From: Syntrophorhabdaceae bacterium
GTDB taxonomy: Bacteria; Desulfobacterota; Syntrophorhabdia; Syntrophorhabdales; Syntrophorhabdaceae
Length of the DNA: 64,000 nt
Direction: 5' to 3'
Assembly: GCA_963666485.2 (NCBI GenBank)
Contig: CAXXUO010000001.1
Location: forward strand, 544,001 to 608,000
Shown here: piece after piece, positions 26,956 to 36,369 of the stretch
How positions within the stretch are numbered: position 1 is the stretch's first letter
How the letters are laid out: every line of letters begins with the position of its first letter
Notes under the pieces: generated by a model
What the model saw: only the letters and a program-made list of their open reading frames with translations
What the model was told of the DNA's origin: nothing
Database searches by the model: none
Made by a program: the position numbers and the translations under genes

Positions 26956-29727
26956 TTAGTATATCGGGCTTGCAAGAAGCCCGCCAGGCTGCGGCGGCAG
27001 CCCGTCCCTTCCCTTCATCACGAAGGTACTCATCTCCTCCTCGTTCTCCGCACAGGACTTCGGCATAAGTGAAGCGATGTTGAGGAACGTGTCCGGGAGG
27101 TCGACCATGGTGGCGCTCACGTCCACGTACGGGGCGCTAATGCCCACCGTACCCGACAGCCCGAAGCTTGACGATGCACTGACAAAGCTGTCAGGGCTCG
27201 TGAGGAAGGCGTTCGAAACGATGTTGATGTGGCCGCCGTCACCGTATTCCGCGTTCGCGATGATGTTGCTTGCATTCTCGAGGATCACGTTGTCCGCCAC
27301 GATATTGATATTGCCACCGTTGCCAATTCCACCTACACTCGCCGTGATCGAGCTGTTGGTCAGTCGAAGGAGCCACGGGTCTATCGAGATATTGCCGCCG
27401 TCTGTGCTCACCGTCGCCGCCGTGATAGAACTATCCGTCATCTGGATCGTACCCGGAACCTTGATGGTGATGTTGCCGCCGGTGCCGGTGCCGGTGCTCC
27501 GGGTGCCAATGCTTGAGCCGCCGGACATGTAGAGGTCCGACGCGTTGACGTTGATGCTGCCCGCATTGCCTGAACTGTATGTATTAGAGAAAATGCCGCT
27601 CGGCCAGCCAACGTTTGTACCTGAAATGGTCACAGGGCCCGAAGCGTTGACATTGATCGAACCGCCTGTTCCAGTTCCTCGTGTTGAACCGGACAGTTGT
27701 CCCCCCGAAGTAAGGGCCAGGCTGCCGGCATTGAGATCAACGATCCCTGCATTACCCGAATTCCATGCCATCGAGAAAATACCAGTTGGATTATCTTCTC
27801 TCCCTTCTGAGATGCTGACCAGACCCGAAGCATTGACAACTACCGTTCCGCCTGCTCCCGTTCCTCGTGTTGAGCTGGCGAGCTGCCCCCCCGATGTAAG
27901 AGTTAGGTTTCCGACATTAAGGTTTACGGTTCCCGCATGCCCCGAACTCCATGCGCTCGAAAAAATACCACTCGGCCAATCAAAGCTGCCTTCTGAGATG
28001 TTCACCGGGCCCGAAATATTGACATTGACCGTTCCGCCTGCGCCCGTTCCTCGTGATGTGCTAGCAATTTGCGCCTGGGATGCTATGGTCAGGCTTCCCG
28101 CGTTTAGGAATATAGTCCCCGCATTGCCCGAACCCCGCGTGTTCGAGAAAATGCCGGTTGGATAGTGATCGGGATTCATAATCCATCCCGACACGATCAC
28201 AGGACCGGATGCGTTAATATTGATTATCCCGCCATTACCCGTCCCCCTTGTTATGCCGGAGATTTCCCCACCGGATGCCAAGGCAAGGGTGCCTACGTTG
28301 AGGTTAACGCTGCCTCCATTGCCAGAACCTGTCGGGCCTACCCCCGCAGCAATTAACCCGCCATTAGAAGCAGCAAGATATGGCGTGTCTACTGTGATGT
28401 TCCCGCCCTTTCCCGCACCATTCGCCATAGCATAGATACCAGATACTGCTCCGGTAACACTAAATCCGGAGATAATCACTGATTCTGAACTTGCGATGGT
28501 TATGTCTCCTCCTGAACCGATACTTGAGGTATTCGTCGATACATAACTGAGGTCATTCACGATAACATTCTTTGACTTGATATCAATGGTACCGGCATTG
28601 CCAGAACCCCGACCAACTGCGTTAATACCTGAAGAACCTGAAAGAGCGATGTAATCCGCGGCATTGAGGGTAATAGCGCCACCTGATCCGGAATACAAGG
28701 TATCCGATTCAATGAGAGCATGTGATAAACTGATACTGCTCGCATTCACGGTGATACTCCCTCCATTCCCGACTCCTTCTGCTATCGAAACAAAAGTGCC
28801 CCCATTCACGGTAATAGGCCCCGTTGTGGCAATATTGAGAATCCCTCCAGGCCCGGCACCTGAAGAGTTCGTCACTATCGAGCCGCCTGTCAATATGAAT
28901 TGTCCTCCCCGGATGTACACGTCACCTCCGGTCGTTTCCCTTGTTGATACATAACTTCGGGATAGTTCTATTGTGCCCAAGTTGCCGAACCCGTTCATTA
29001 ACGGAGGGCCGGTACCAATTGTTACTTCGCCCGGGGAACCGACGCTGATGAGATTGACCTGTCCCCCTGGGGCCCCAATCCAATTACGGGTCATATTAAT
29101 ATCACCTCCGACAATGGATACCATTTTGCCGGTCGGCACGGTTAGTACCGTTGTCGACCAGGCAGATGTGGTGTCTCCCGCAAAGCTTATTGGCGCCGGC
29201 CTTGCGGACAGGAATCCAAATGCCGAAGGCGGGTCTGAGGTAAGGACATCCGCTGCCGGGTTTGAGGCATCAAAACGGCCGGTCGCACCCAACTTTATGT
29301 AGTCCGCCGTGCTGACATGAAAGGAGCCTGTTATACTGAGAGATGCGTTGGGACCAAAAGCAACGCCGTTGGGATTGAAGAAATACATGTTGGCGCCATT
29401 AATGGTCGAAGCCAAAAGACCATCTATATTCGATACATACGACGGGCCGACCCCTGTAACCCGGGAAATTATGTTCTGAACCGATGCCGGCCCGGAAAAC
29501 GTGGCGCTGCCTGAGGTAGGAACACTAAAATTCTGAAAACTGTGAAATAAGTTCCCGCCCACCTGCGTACCTGCCGTTATACCAAAACTCAGAGGACCGC
29601 CGGAAACTACCGTTCCCCGGCTTCCATCGGCCTTGATGGCCTGACCAAACCCTGCAGAAACTGAGATATACAAAAGAAGTACCGCCAGGTATAGCGGCGT
29701 AACGATGGTTCTTTTTATTCCTGTCAT
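26956..29727 (-). CDS. Filamentous haemagglutinin-like TpsA exoprotein 2 (923 aa)
   Basis: Signal peptide; NLFHSFQNF...NIISRVTG...NMYFFNPNGVAFG; beta-helix repeats; same C-terminal tail as TpsA1. Confidence 0.9.
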   Translation of the reverse strand: MTGIKRTIVTPLYLAVLLLYISVSAGFGQAIKADGSRGTVVSGGPLSFGITAGTQVGGNLFHSFQNFSVPTSGSATFSGPASVQNIISRVTGVGPSYVSNIDGLLASTINGANMYFFNPNGVAFGPNASLSITGSFHVSTADYIKLGATGRFDASNPAADVLTSDPPSAFGFLSARPAPISFAGDTTSAWSTTVLTVPTGKMVSIVGGDINMTRNWIGAPGGQVNLISVGSPGEVTIGTGPPLMNGFGNLGTIELSRSYVSTRETTGGDVYIRGGQFILTGGSIVTNSSGAGPGGILNIATTGPITVNGGTFVSIAEGVGNGGSITVNASSISLSHALIESDTLYSGSGGAITLNAADYIALSGSSGINAVGRGSGNAGTIDIKSKNVIVNDLSYVSTNTSSIGSGGDITIASSESVIISGFSVTGAVSGIYAMANGAGKGGNITVDTPYLAASNGGLIAAGVGPTGSGNGGSVNLNVGTLALASGGEISGITRGTGNGGIININASGPVIVSGWIMNPDHYPTGIFSNTRGSGNAGTIFLNAGSLTIASQAQIASTSRGTGAGGTVNVNISGPVNISEGSFDWPSGIFSSAWSSGHAGTVNLNVGNLTLTSGGQLASSTRGTGAGGTVVVNASGLVSISEGREDNPTGIFSMAWNSGNAGIVDLNAGSLALTSGGQLSGSTRGTGTGGSINVNASGPVTISGTNVGWPSGIFSNTYSSGNAGSINVNASDLYMSGGSSIGTRSTGTGTGGNITIKVPGTIQMTDSSITAATVSTDGGNISIDPWLLRLTNSSITASVGGIGNGGNINIVADNVILENASNIIANAEYGDGGHINIVSNAFLTSPDSFVSASSSFGLSGTVGISAPYVDVSATMVDLPDTFLNIASLMPKSCAENEEEMSTFVMKGRDGLPPQPGGLLASPIY
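27550..28230 (-). repeat. Degenerate 186-bp (62-aa) tandem repeats inside TpsA2
   Basis: GA(G/A)AAAAT(G/A)CC (GIFS) at 27587, 27773, 27959 and 28145, a period of 186. Confidence 0.8.
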
Positions 29728-31389
29728 GGGAAACCCCCTTTTACAGGGAAGCCAAAGACAAACTGGAAATTAAAGCCCTGTTCCTGAAGTGAATTGCTCA
29801 CCTTGTCGATGTTCCGGAAAGGATACCCGTAATAGAACTGGAGGCTCATCCGGTTCGCTATGTTCCACATGACGCCCATGCCGGCGCTGCCGATGCTGTC
29901 GGGATCGGGGGTGTCCCTCTTCGAGTTCCATGACCAGCCAAAATCGGTGAAAGGGACGAGGTAGATGATGTTGTTCCCTGATGACGAGGTGTAGATGGGG
30001 ATGCGCAGTTCGAATGAGCTTGCGATGCCGTTGTCCCTGACGAGCTGGTTCTCCGGGTACCCCCGCACGGAGTTGATGCCGCCGATCGAGAACTTTTCGA
30101 TCGGCAGGAGGGGGGTCGCGGGTAAACTGCATGTCCGTCCGGAAAACGAACTGCGTCCCGCCTTCGGTGATCTTGCGCAGGTACTTGACCTGCCCGAGCC
30201 ATGCAAGGAACCGGCCGTCAGGCCCCGGACTATCCCCGCGAGTGGCGCCGAGTATGCTGAGCCCAAGGCTGAAGCTCGACCGGGCCGCGATAATCTGGTT
30301 CTGCGATCGGGAAACATATTCCTGCGCGAACCGGAGCACCCGTACCTTGGACTTGCCGTCGTCCTGCCCTTCCGAGAAGGAGAAGCCTTCCCCCAGCAAA
30401 GTCTGCGTGCTGTCCCTGTAATCACCGGTGAGCGAAAGCCAGAATTCATGCTCAGGGGTCCGTATGATGGGCTGACTCAGGGTGATCCCGAACGTGTTCG
30501 TCAAACTCTTTATGTCGAGGCTGCGGAAAACGTCCTGGATCACCGTGCTCTGGTTGTTCGTGTAGTGAACGTTCAGATACGTGTCATACGCGGTGATCGG
30601 CAGCGAATAGGATATCCTGTATTCGTCGAGGCCCTGCGTCTTCCCGTAGCTGCCCTCCAATACATCGCCCAGACCGAACAGATTCTGGTGGCTGAGCCAC
30701 AGCTCTCCCTTTACATCGCCTATGCTCGGGTTCACGTTGTTGTTGAAGTTTATGCTCGCCTTGTAAGGCAGGTTCTCTTCGACCTTGACGTTAAGCTCAC
30801 CCTCGCCGGGTTTGACCCCGGGCTTCAACTCTGCGTTGAGGCGCTTGATCCGGGAGTCCTGGTTGAGAAGCTGCAGCATGTCCTGGAGTTTTCCCATGTT
30901 CAGAGGGGGGCCGGTGGCACGCTCTATGCGTTTCGTAAAATAGCTTGTCCGGAAGTATTTGTTACCCTCGACGTTGATGCTCGTGATATTGCCTTCGATG
31001 ACCTGGATCCGCACCGTGCCGTCAACGACCTGCTGGTCGGGGATTATGGCACCCGAATTGATATACCCGTTGTTAACGTAATGCAGGGTGATGGCCTGCC
31101 TGAGAGATTCCAGTTCCTCAAAGGTGATCTCCCTGTTCTCGTACGGGGCCGATATCTTTCCGAGCTGCTCGCTTGAAAATATGGTGTTTCCGGTGAACTC
31201 AAACGTTTTGACCTTTATTTTGGGAAGCGTCTTCAAGTCCTGGAACTGGGGGGCCACGGGTGAATATGACGGCTGCTGGTCGATCTGCTGAAGACGTTCC
31301 GCGTAAAGTACCGCAGAATGACAGAAGATAGAGAGAAAACAAAAGAGTCCCGCTGCGAATCCGGAAAGGTATCCGGACCGCCCCGGCAC
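29724..31389 (-). pseudogene. ShlB/FhaC/HecB-family TpsB outer-membrane transporter with a +1 frameshift
   Basis: POTRA (FEFTGNTIFS...YVNNGYINSGA...IQVIEG) and barrel in ORF 29770..31389 up to FTRDP; continues in ORF 29724..30449 as PLLPIEKFSIGGINSVRGY...ELRIP...FTDFG...QGFNFQF. The break is at a G6 run (30110-30115). Confidence 0.85.
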
Positions 31390-31771
31390 TTCTCGCAGCG
31401 GATCATTCCGAAAACGGAAGCGTTTGATCGCCCACCTCTTTTGCTGTTTAATGTTTAAGGTATTTAGTAAATATTGTCATACTCTCTCTAGCATGACAAT
31501 GCTGAAAAATTGGGGTGATAATGTAGTTAATTTCAGTACATTCTCGGCTAATTCGGACAAATAAAGCCCTTTTCACGACGAAAGATCCCCAGTCTGAGCA
31601 ATTCGCGAAAAATTATTGTTTTTGTCGGAAAATTTCATAACAATACAAGAAACGTCTCAGATTTGTTTTAATAGATTTCGATCGACGGGGGGTATCGGAC
31701 GGACGGCGGTCGCCCGGTCAAGTACCAGGGGGGGTGCTTGACAAATAGAAAAAGAGTGCTTTACTTATAGT

Positions 31772-31927
31772 GAAGGGCGGGTAAGCCCAGGCAGCGAGTA
31801 GGTGGAGGGACATATCCGAGTCGAAGGAGAATCGGATTCTCACTTCGAACCTCTTCATACGAAAGCGGAAAACAGGCACAACGCGCGAGAACCTGTGAAA
31901 GCCTGGCTAATCCACCCGATTTTTTTG
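31772..31927 (+). ncRNA. Candidate stand-alone structured small RNA
   Basis: TTGACA at 31738 upstream; 5' and 3' ends complementary (GGGCGGGTAAGCCCAGGC / GCCTGGCTAATCCACCC); internal hairpin ATCCGAGTC-GAAGGA-GAATCGGAT; ends in a T7 run; no downstream co-oriented CDS. Confidence 0.45.
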
Positions 31928-32001
31928 TCCAAATGCACCCTCCCTGAAAACTGCGGATGAATTTGAGCATGCTGCCTGCTCCATGTATTTTCGTGAATTA
32001 T

Positions 32002-32466
32002 CTAGCCGACCCAGTCGTACCTGCTTGCGAAGAATTGATAGACAAAGGCGAAGGCGAGGCCGAAGAGGGCGTTGTTTGCGAGGCCGGCGGGGATGGCCCA
32101 CAGGCCGGCAATGTTCGTCATGAAGACGCCGGGGGCTTCTATCGTCCCCGACCGGATGCCCTTATGCACGGCCGGCAGAGCCCCGATAACAAGGCCGATC
32201 ACGCACCACTGCGCGACACCGAAGACAAAACCGTAGAGGTAGCCTATCCAGCCGATGCCGGCTGACCAGAGGGCAGCGTATACGAGCCCGAGAATAACGC
32301 CGAAAAGGTAGAGAAGGACAAATCCGGCGGTTGTGTTTTCCTTCTTTGTGAACAGTGTGCTGAAATACCGCTCGAGGCCCATGAGGTTCATGGTCGATAA
32401 TCTCGTCGTGACCCAGACGACCAGCGTTGCGGCAATGCCCGCTATCACGGCTCCCGGCACATTCAT
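32002..32466 (-). CDS. Hypothetical 4-TM membrane protein
   Basis: Start MNVPGAVIAGIAAT after AAGGAGG; hydrophobic Gly-rich helices. Confidence 0.7.
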   Translation of the reverse strand: MNVPGAVIAGIAATLVVWVTTRLSTMNLMGLERYFSTLFTKKENTTAGFVLLYLFGVILGLVYAALWSAGIGWIGYLYGFVFGVAQWCVIGLVIGALPAVHKGIRSGTIEAPGVFMTNIAGLWAIPAGLANNALFGLAFAFVYQFFASRYDWVG

Positions 32467-32578
32467 TCCTGGAAACTTCCTCCTTACCACAAGGTAATAC
32501 CGGGCGCCGTCATTGCAAGGCTTTACAACCGCAGGTCCTTGCCAAACGGGTAATGCGGCCATACCGTAGATAAAGGGT

Positions 32579-33256
32579 ATGACAGGTGAAATAATGGAGT
32601 TTTTCCTCCCTCTTTTCGTCGGGCTCGCCGGAAGCCTGCATTGCCTCGGCATGTGCGGCCCCCTGGTCCTTGCTTATTCGCTGAACATGAACCCGCCGGG
32701 CACACACAACCGCCGCATCGTCCCGTCCGGGGCCCTTCACCACCTGGCCTTTCACCTCGGCCGCGTCACGACGTACGCACTCCTTGGCGGCGCCGCGGCC
32801 CTCGTGGTCGGGATGGCCGGTCTTACACCACATTTGAAGAACATAAGGGGTATCTTTACATTTGCTGCGGGGCTCGTGATGATGGTCCTCGGGCTAAGCA
32901 TCATGGGTGTCTCCCTGTTCCACGTTCCCGGCACGGCCGGCAGCACCCGCGCGGCCGGCCTCATCAACGCGCGCTCCCTCGGCTCGAAATACCTTCTCGG
33001 TTTCTCGGTGGGGTTCCTTCCCTGCATGCTGCCCTGGGCAATGGTCATGAAGGCAAGTTCGTCTGCAAATGTCATTGAAGGCTTTCTCACGATGGTCCTC
33101 TTCGGGCTCGGCACGGTCCCGGTCCTCTTCTTTACCGGTTTTTTTGCCTCGCTTCTCTCCTACCGGTTAAGGATCCTCGGCGAGCGTCTCGCCGGCCTTT
33201 CGGTCATTGTCATGGGCGCCCTGCTCGTCTTCAAGGGGCTGAAATATTTCCTGTAG
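32579..33256 (+). CDS. DsbD_2 / TauE-SafE-like membrane protein associated with cbb3 biogenesis
   Basis: GLAGSLHCLGMCGPL, HLGRVTTY, GFLPCML, MVLFGLGTVP. Confidence 0.85.
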   Translation: MTGEIMEFFLPLFVGLAGSLHCLGMCGPLVLAYSLNMNPPGTHNRRIVPSGALHHLAFHLGRVTTYALLGGAAALVVGMAGLTPHLKNIRGIFTFAAGLVMMVLGLSIMGVSLFHVPGTAGSTRAAGLINARSLGSKYLLGFSVGFLPCMLPWAMVMKASSSANVIEGFLTMVLFGLGTVPVLFFTGFFASLLSYRLRILGERLAGLSVIVMGALLVFKGLKYFL

Positions 33257-33426
33257 GACGTCCCGGGAGATGGCGTCTTAAGCCTTATGCCGCAAGCATC
33301 CCCGCCATGCGGCGCTTGAAAAGGATTACCCGGATACATACGGTTCTAAAGGGCCAGGACCGGCCTTCAAGGGCGTCCTCTGTCGGGGCTTGAGGACGCT
33401 GCCATACGATACAGGAAGGAGTGCAC

Positions 33427-36342
33427 GTGGCGAAGTTTTCGCGCCGGCAATTTCTGAAGACCCTGGGACTGGCGGGCACCGCTGCCCTGGCAGGCTGTTC
33501 GGAGCCGGCCCGCCATCTCGTGCCGTATGTCATCCCTCCTGAAGATATCGTGCCGGGAGAGGCCACGTGGTATGCCACCACGTGCAGGGAATGCCCCGCC
33601 GGCTGCGGGATGCTGGCGAAGAACCGGGACGGCCACGTTATAAAGGTCGAGGGCAACCCCCGGCACCCGGTGAACACGGGCAGGCTCTGTGCGCGGGGCC
33701 AGGCGTCCGTTCAGGGCCTCTACAATCCCGACAGGTTCAGACAACCCATGCTCAAGGATGCAACCGGAAGGCTGCAGCCCGTTTCATGGGACCAGGCCAT
33801 GAAGAGAGCCATAGATGCGATAGGGAAAGCGGGCCAAAAACGGGTGGTCTTCATGTCGCACCTCATGACCGGATCCGAAGCCGGCCTCGCACGGAGATGG
33901 GCCGATGCCGTCAACGGGCAGTACGTCGTGTATGAACCGTACGCGTACGAGGCGCTGCGAAAGGCCAACCGGATCGTCTTCGGGGCGGACCGGATACCCG
34001 ATTACCGCATCGACCTCAGCGATCTCCTCATCTCTTTCGGGGCGAATTTCCTTGAGACCTGGGTGTCGAACGTCCGGTTCACCCGCCAGTTCTCCGTCTT
34101 TCATGAACCGAAGCAGGACCGCAAGAACCTTTTCATTTATGTCGGGCCCCGGCTTTCCCTGACCGCGGCCAACGCGGACCACTTCATACCGGTTCCCCCG
34201 GGAGGCGAGAGATACGTGGCCCTCGGGCTTCTGAACCTGCTTGTCAGCCAGGGTTTGTCATCCGGTATGACGGGAATGAAGGTCCCGGCGGATATTTCCG
34301 CTTTCACCCCCGGTGTGGTTGAGGCCAGGGCAGGAGTACAACCGGACACCCTCAAAAAGATCGCACAGCACTTCCTGCGCGCCAGACGTCCCCTTGCGCT
34401 TGCGGAAGGTATGGGCTTTCAGGACATGTCGGCGCTCGAGACGGCGGTTGCAGCAAACCTCCTGTGCACCTTATCACCGGGCAGCCGGGACCTCCTTGAC
34501 TTCGGGAACTTCATGTCACTCGGAGAGATCGCGCCGGCATCGGACATAAAGAGGTTGACCGATGATATGGCAAACGGGCGGATCGGTGCCATGATACTGT
34601 ATCGTGCCAATCCCGTATATTCCCTTCCGGCGGCATGGGGGTTCGAAACTGCCCTGTCCCGGGTTCCCGTCGTCATAAGCCTCTCCAGTTTTCCCGATGA
34701 AACGACGGCACGCGCCTCGCTCGTCATGCCGTCCAGCACCTTTTTGGAATCCTGGGGGGATTACAGCCCCCAGGCAAAAGTGACCGGTCTCCTCCAACCG
34801 GCAATGGGCACTTTTTTCGATACGCGGCAACTCGGGGATATCCTTCTTGCTTTAGGAAAGGCCATGGCCGGGCAGGAAAAATTCCCCGAAAAAGATCTTT
34901 ACGATGTCCTCCGCAATTCCTGGGGAAAGACCGGTGGCGGTGTCTCGCCGGAAGCAGCCTGGCAGGAGAGCCTGCGCCAGGGGGGCTCCTTCGGCCTCAA
35001 TGAAAAAAGCCAGCCTGCCCGGGGAAAGGGCGGCAGTTTTTCTTTTTCCCCTCCCGCGACACCGGACGCGGAAAGAAGGGGCACTTTCGATCTCTTCACG
35101 TATCCGACGATCCAATTCTTCGATGGCCGCCTCGCCAACCGGCCTGTCCTGCAGGAGATGCCGGACCCGGTGACACAGGTCACATGGGACGCCTGCGTGG
35201 AGATACATCCCGAAACGGCGAGAAAGATGGGTATCAAAAAAGGGGATGTCCTTGAATTGCATGCGGACAACCGCAGCATCCGCGCACCCGCATTTCCCTG
35301 CGTCGGTATCCCGGAAGGCGCACTTGCCATCCCCATCGGGCAGGGTCACGCCCCTTCCTTCAGCCGGTATGCCCGGACCGGAGATTCGGGAAATCCGACG
35401 TACCTCCCGGCCGGACGGCTCGATGCGGCGGGCGGCATTATCCGGACAGTCCGAGGGGTGACGATTCAAAAGACGGGGCATCACGTGCCCGTTGCACATG
35501 CGGATGGCGACGCCTACCAGCATGGCCGCAGGATCGCCCGGAGCCTCACCTTTGCGCGGTACGCCGCGACGAAAAACTCAAGGCCGCGCATAGACATGCC
35601 CCTGCCCGAAGGATGGGACAAGAGAAAGGATTTCTACCCCGCCCACAAACACGCGGCGTACCGATGGGGCATGGTGATAGACATCGACCGGTGCATCGGC
35701 TGCGAGGCCTGCGTCATCGCATGCTATATGGAGAACAACGTCGGGATCGTGGGCAAGGACAACGTCCTTCTCGGCCGCCAGATGTCGTGGATCCATGTCG
35801 AGCGGTATTATGAGCCCGACCAGCCGTACATACGCTTCATCCCGCTGTTGTGCCAGCACTGCGACAGCGCCCCGTGCGAATCGGTATGCCCGATGTTCGC
35901 CCCGAACCATAGCCAGGAGGGCATCAACAACCAGGTCTACAACCGCTGTATCGGGACCCGCGACTGCAACATAAACTGCCCCTGGAAGGTCAGGCGGTTC
36001 AACTGGTTCACGTGGGGCCACGATTACCCCCTCGGGTGGCAGTTGAACCCCGACGTCACCGTACGCCAGAAAGGCGTGATGGAAAAATGTTCCTTCTGCA
36101 TCCAGCGCGTGGTCAAGGCGAAAACAGACGCCACGTCCGAGCACAGGAAAATAAAGGATGGCGAGTTCACGACCGCCTGCGCCCAGACGTGCCCGGCGGA
36201 TGCCATCGTCTTCGGGAACCTGATGGACCCCGAGAGCAGGGTATCGAAGCTTCTGAACCAGGGCCGTGCTTACCAGGCTTTGGGTGAGCTCAATACCAAA
36301 CCGGCCGTGATCTACCTGAAGAAGATCACGCAGGAGTTATGA
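33427..36342 (+). CDS. actB: Alternative complex III subunit ActB (molybdopterin-oxidoreductase-like domain + Fe-S domain)
   Basis: Tat/lipoprotein signal SRRQFLK...ALAGC; LVPYVIPPEDIVPG...WYATT; KVEGNPRHP; C-terminal CIGCEACVIAC, CQHCDSAPCESVC, YNRCIGTRDCNINC, NPDVTVR..GVMEKCSFC. Confidence 0.88.
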   Translation: MAKFSRRQFLKTLGLAGTAALAGCSEPARHLVPYVIPPEDIVPGEATWYATTCRECPAGCGMLAKNRDGHVIKVEGNPRHPVNTGRLCARGQASVQGLYNPDRFRQPMLKDATGRLQPVSWDQAMKRAIDAIGKAGQKRVVFMSHLMTGSEAGLARRWADAVNGQYVVYEPYAYEALRKANRIVFGADRIPDYRIDLSDLLISFGANFLETWVSNVRFTRQFSVFHEPKQDRKNLFIYVGPRLSLTAANADHFIPVPPGGERYVALGLLNLLVSQGLSSGMTGMKVPADISAFTPGVVEARAGVQPDTLKKIAQHFLRARRPLALAEGMGFQDMSALETAVAANLLCTLSPGSRDLLDFGNFMSLGEIAPASDIKRLTDDMANGRIGAMILYRANPVYSLPAAWGFETALSRVPVVISLSSFPDETTARASLVMPSSTFLESWGDYSPQAKVTGLLQPAMGTFFDTRQLGDILLALGKAMAGQEKFPEKDLYDVLRNSWGKTGGGVSPEAAWQESLRQGGSFGLNEKSQPARGKGGSFSFSPPATPDAERRGTFDLFTYPTIQFFDGRLANRPVLQEMPDPVTQVTWDACVEIHPETARKMGIKKGDVLELHADNRSIRAPAFPCVGIPEGALAIPIGQGHAPSFSRYARTGDSGNPTYLPAGRLDAAGGIIRTVRGVTIQKTGHHVPVAHADGDAYQHGRRIARSLTFARYAATKNSRPRIDMPLPEGWDKRKDFYPAHKHAAYRWGMVIDIDRCIGCEACVIACYMENNVGIVGKDNVLLGRQMSWIHVERYYEPDQPYIRFIPLLCQHCDSAPCESVCPMFAPNHSQEGINNQVYNRCIGTRDCNINCPWKVRRFNWFTWGHDYPLGWQLNPDVTVRQKGVMEKCSFCIQRVVKAKTDATSEHRKIKDGEFTTACAQTCPADAIVFGNLMDPESRVSKLLNQGRAYQALGELNTKPAVIYLKKITQEL

Positions 36343-36369
36343 GGAAAGATATGACGGGACCGGTGGTGC

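Noticed and set aside
22431..29727. CDI / polymorphic toxin system
   Set aside because: No VENN/DUF637-type pre-toxin region, no variable toxin tail and no small immunity genes; the tails are conserved instead.
31795..31830. AGGTGGAGGGAC resembles the SAM-I riboswitch P2 segment
   Set aside because: The P1 AUC/GAU, CUGGCCC-AUGA and GCAACC elements are absent, and no co-oriented gene lies downstream.
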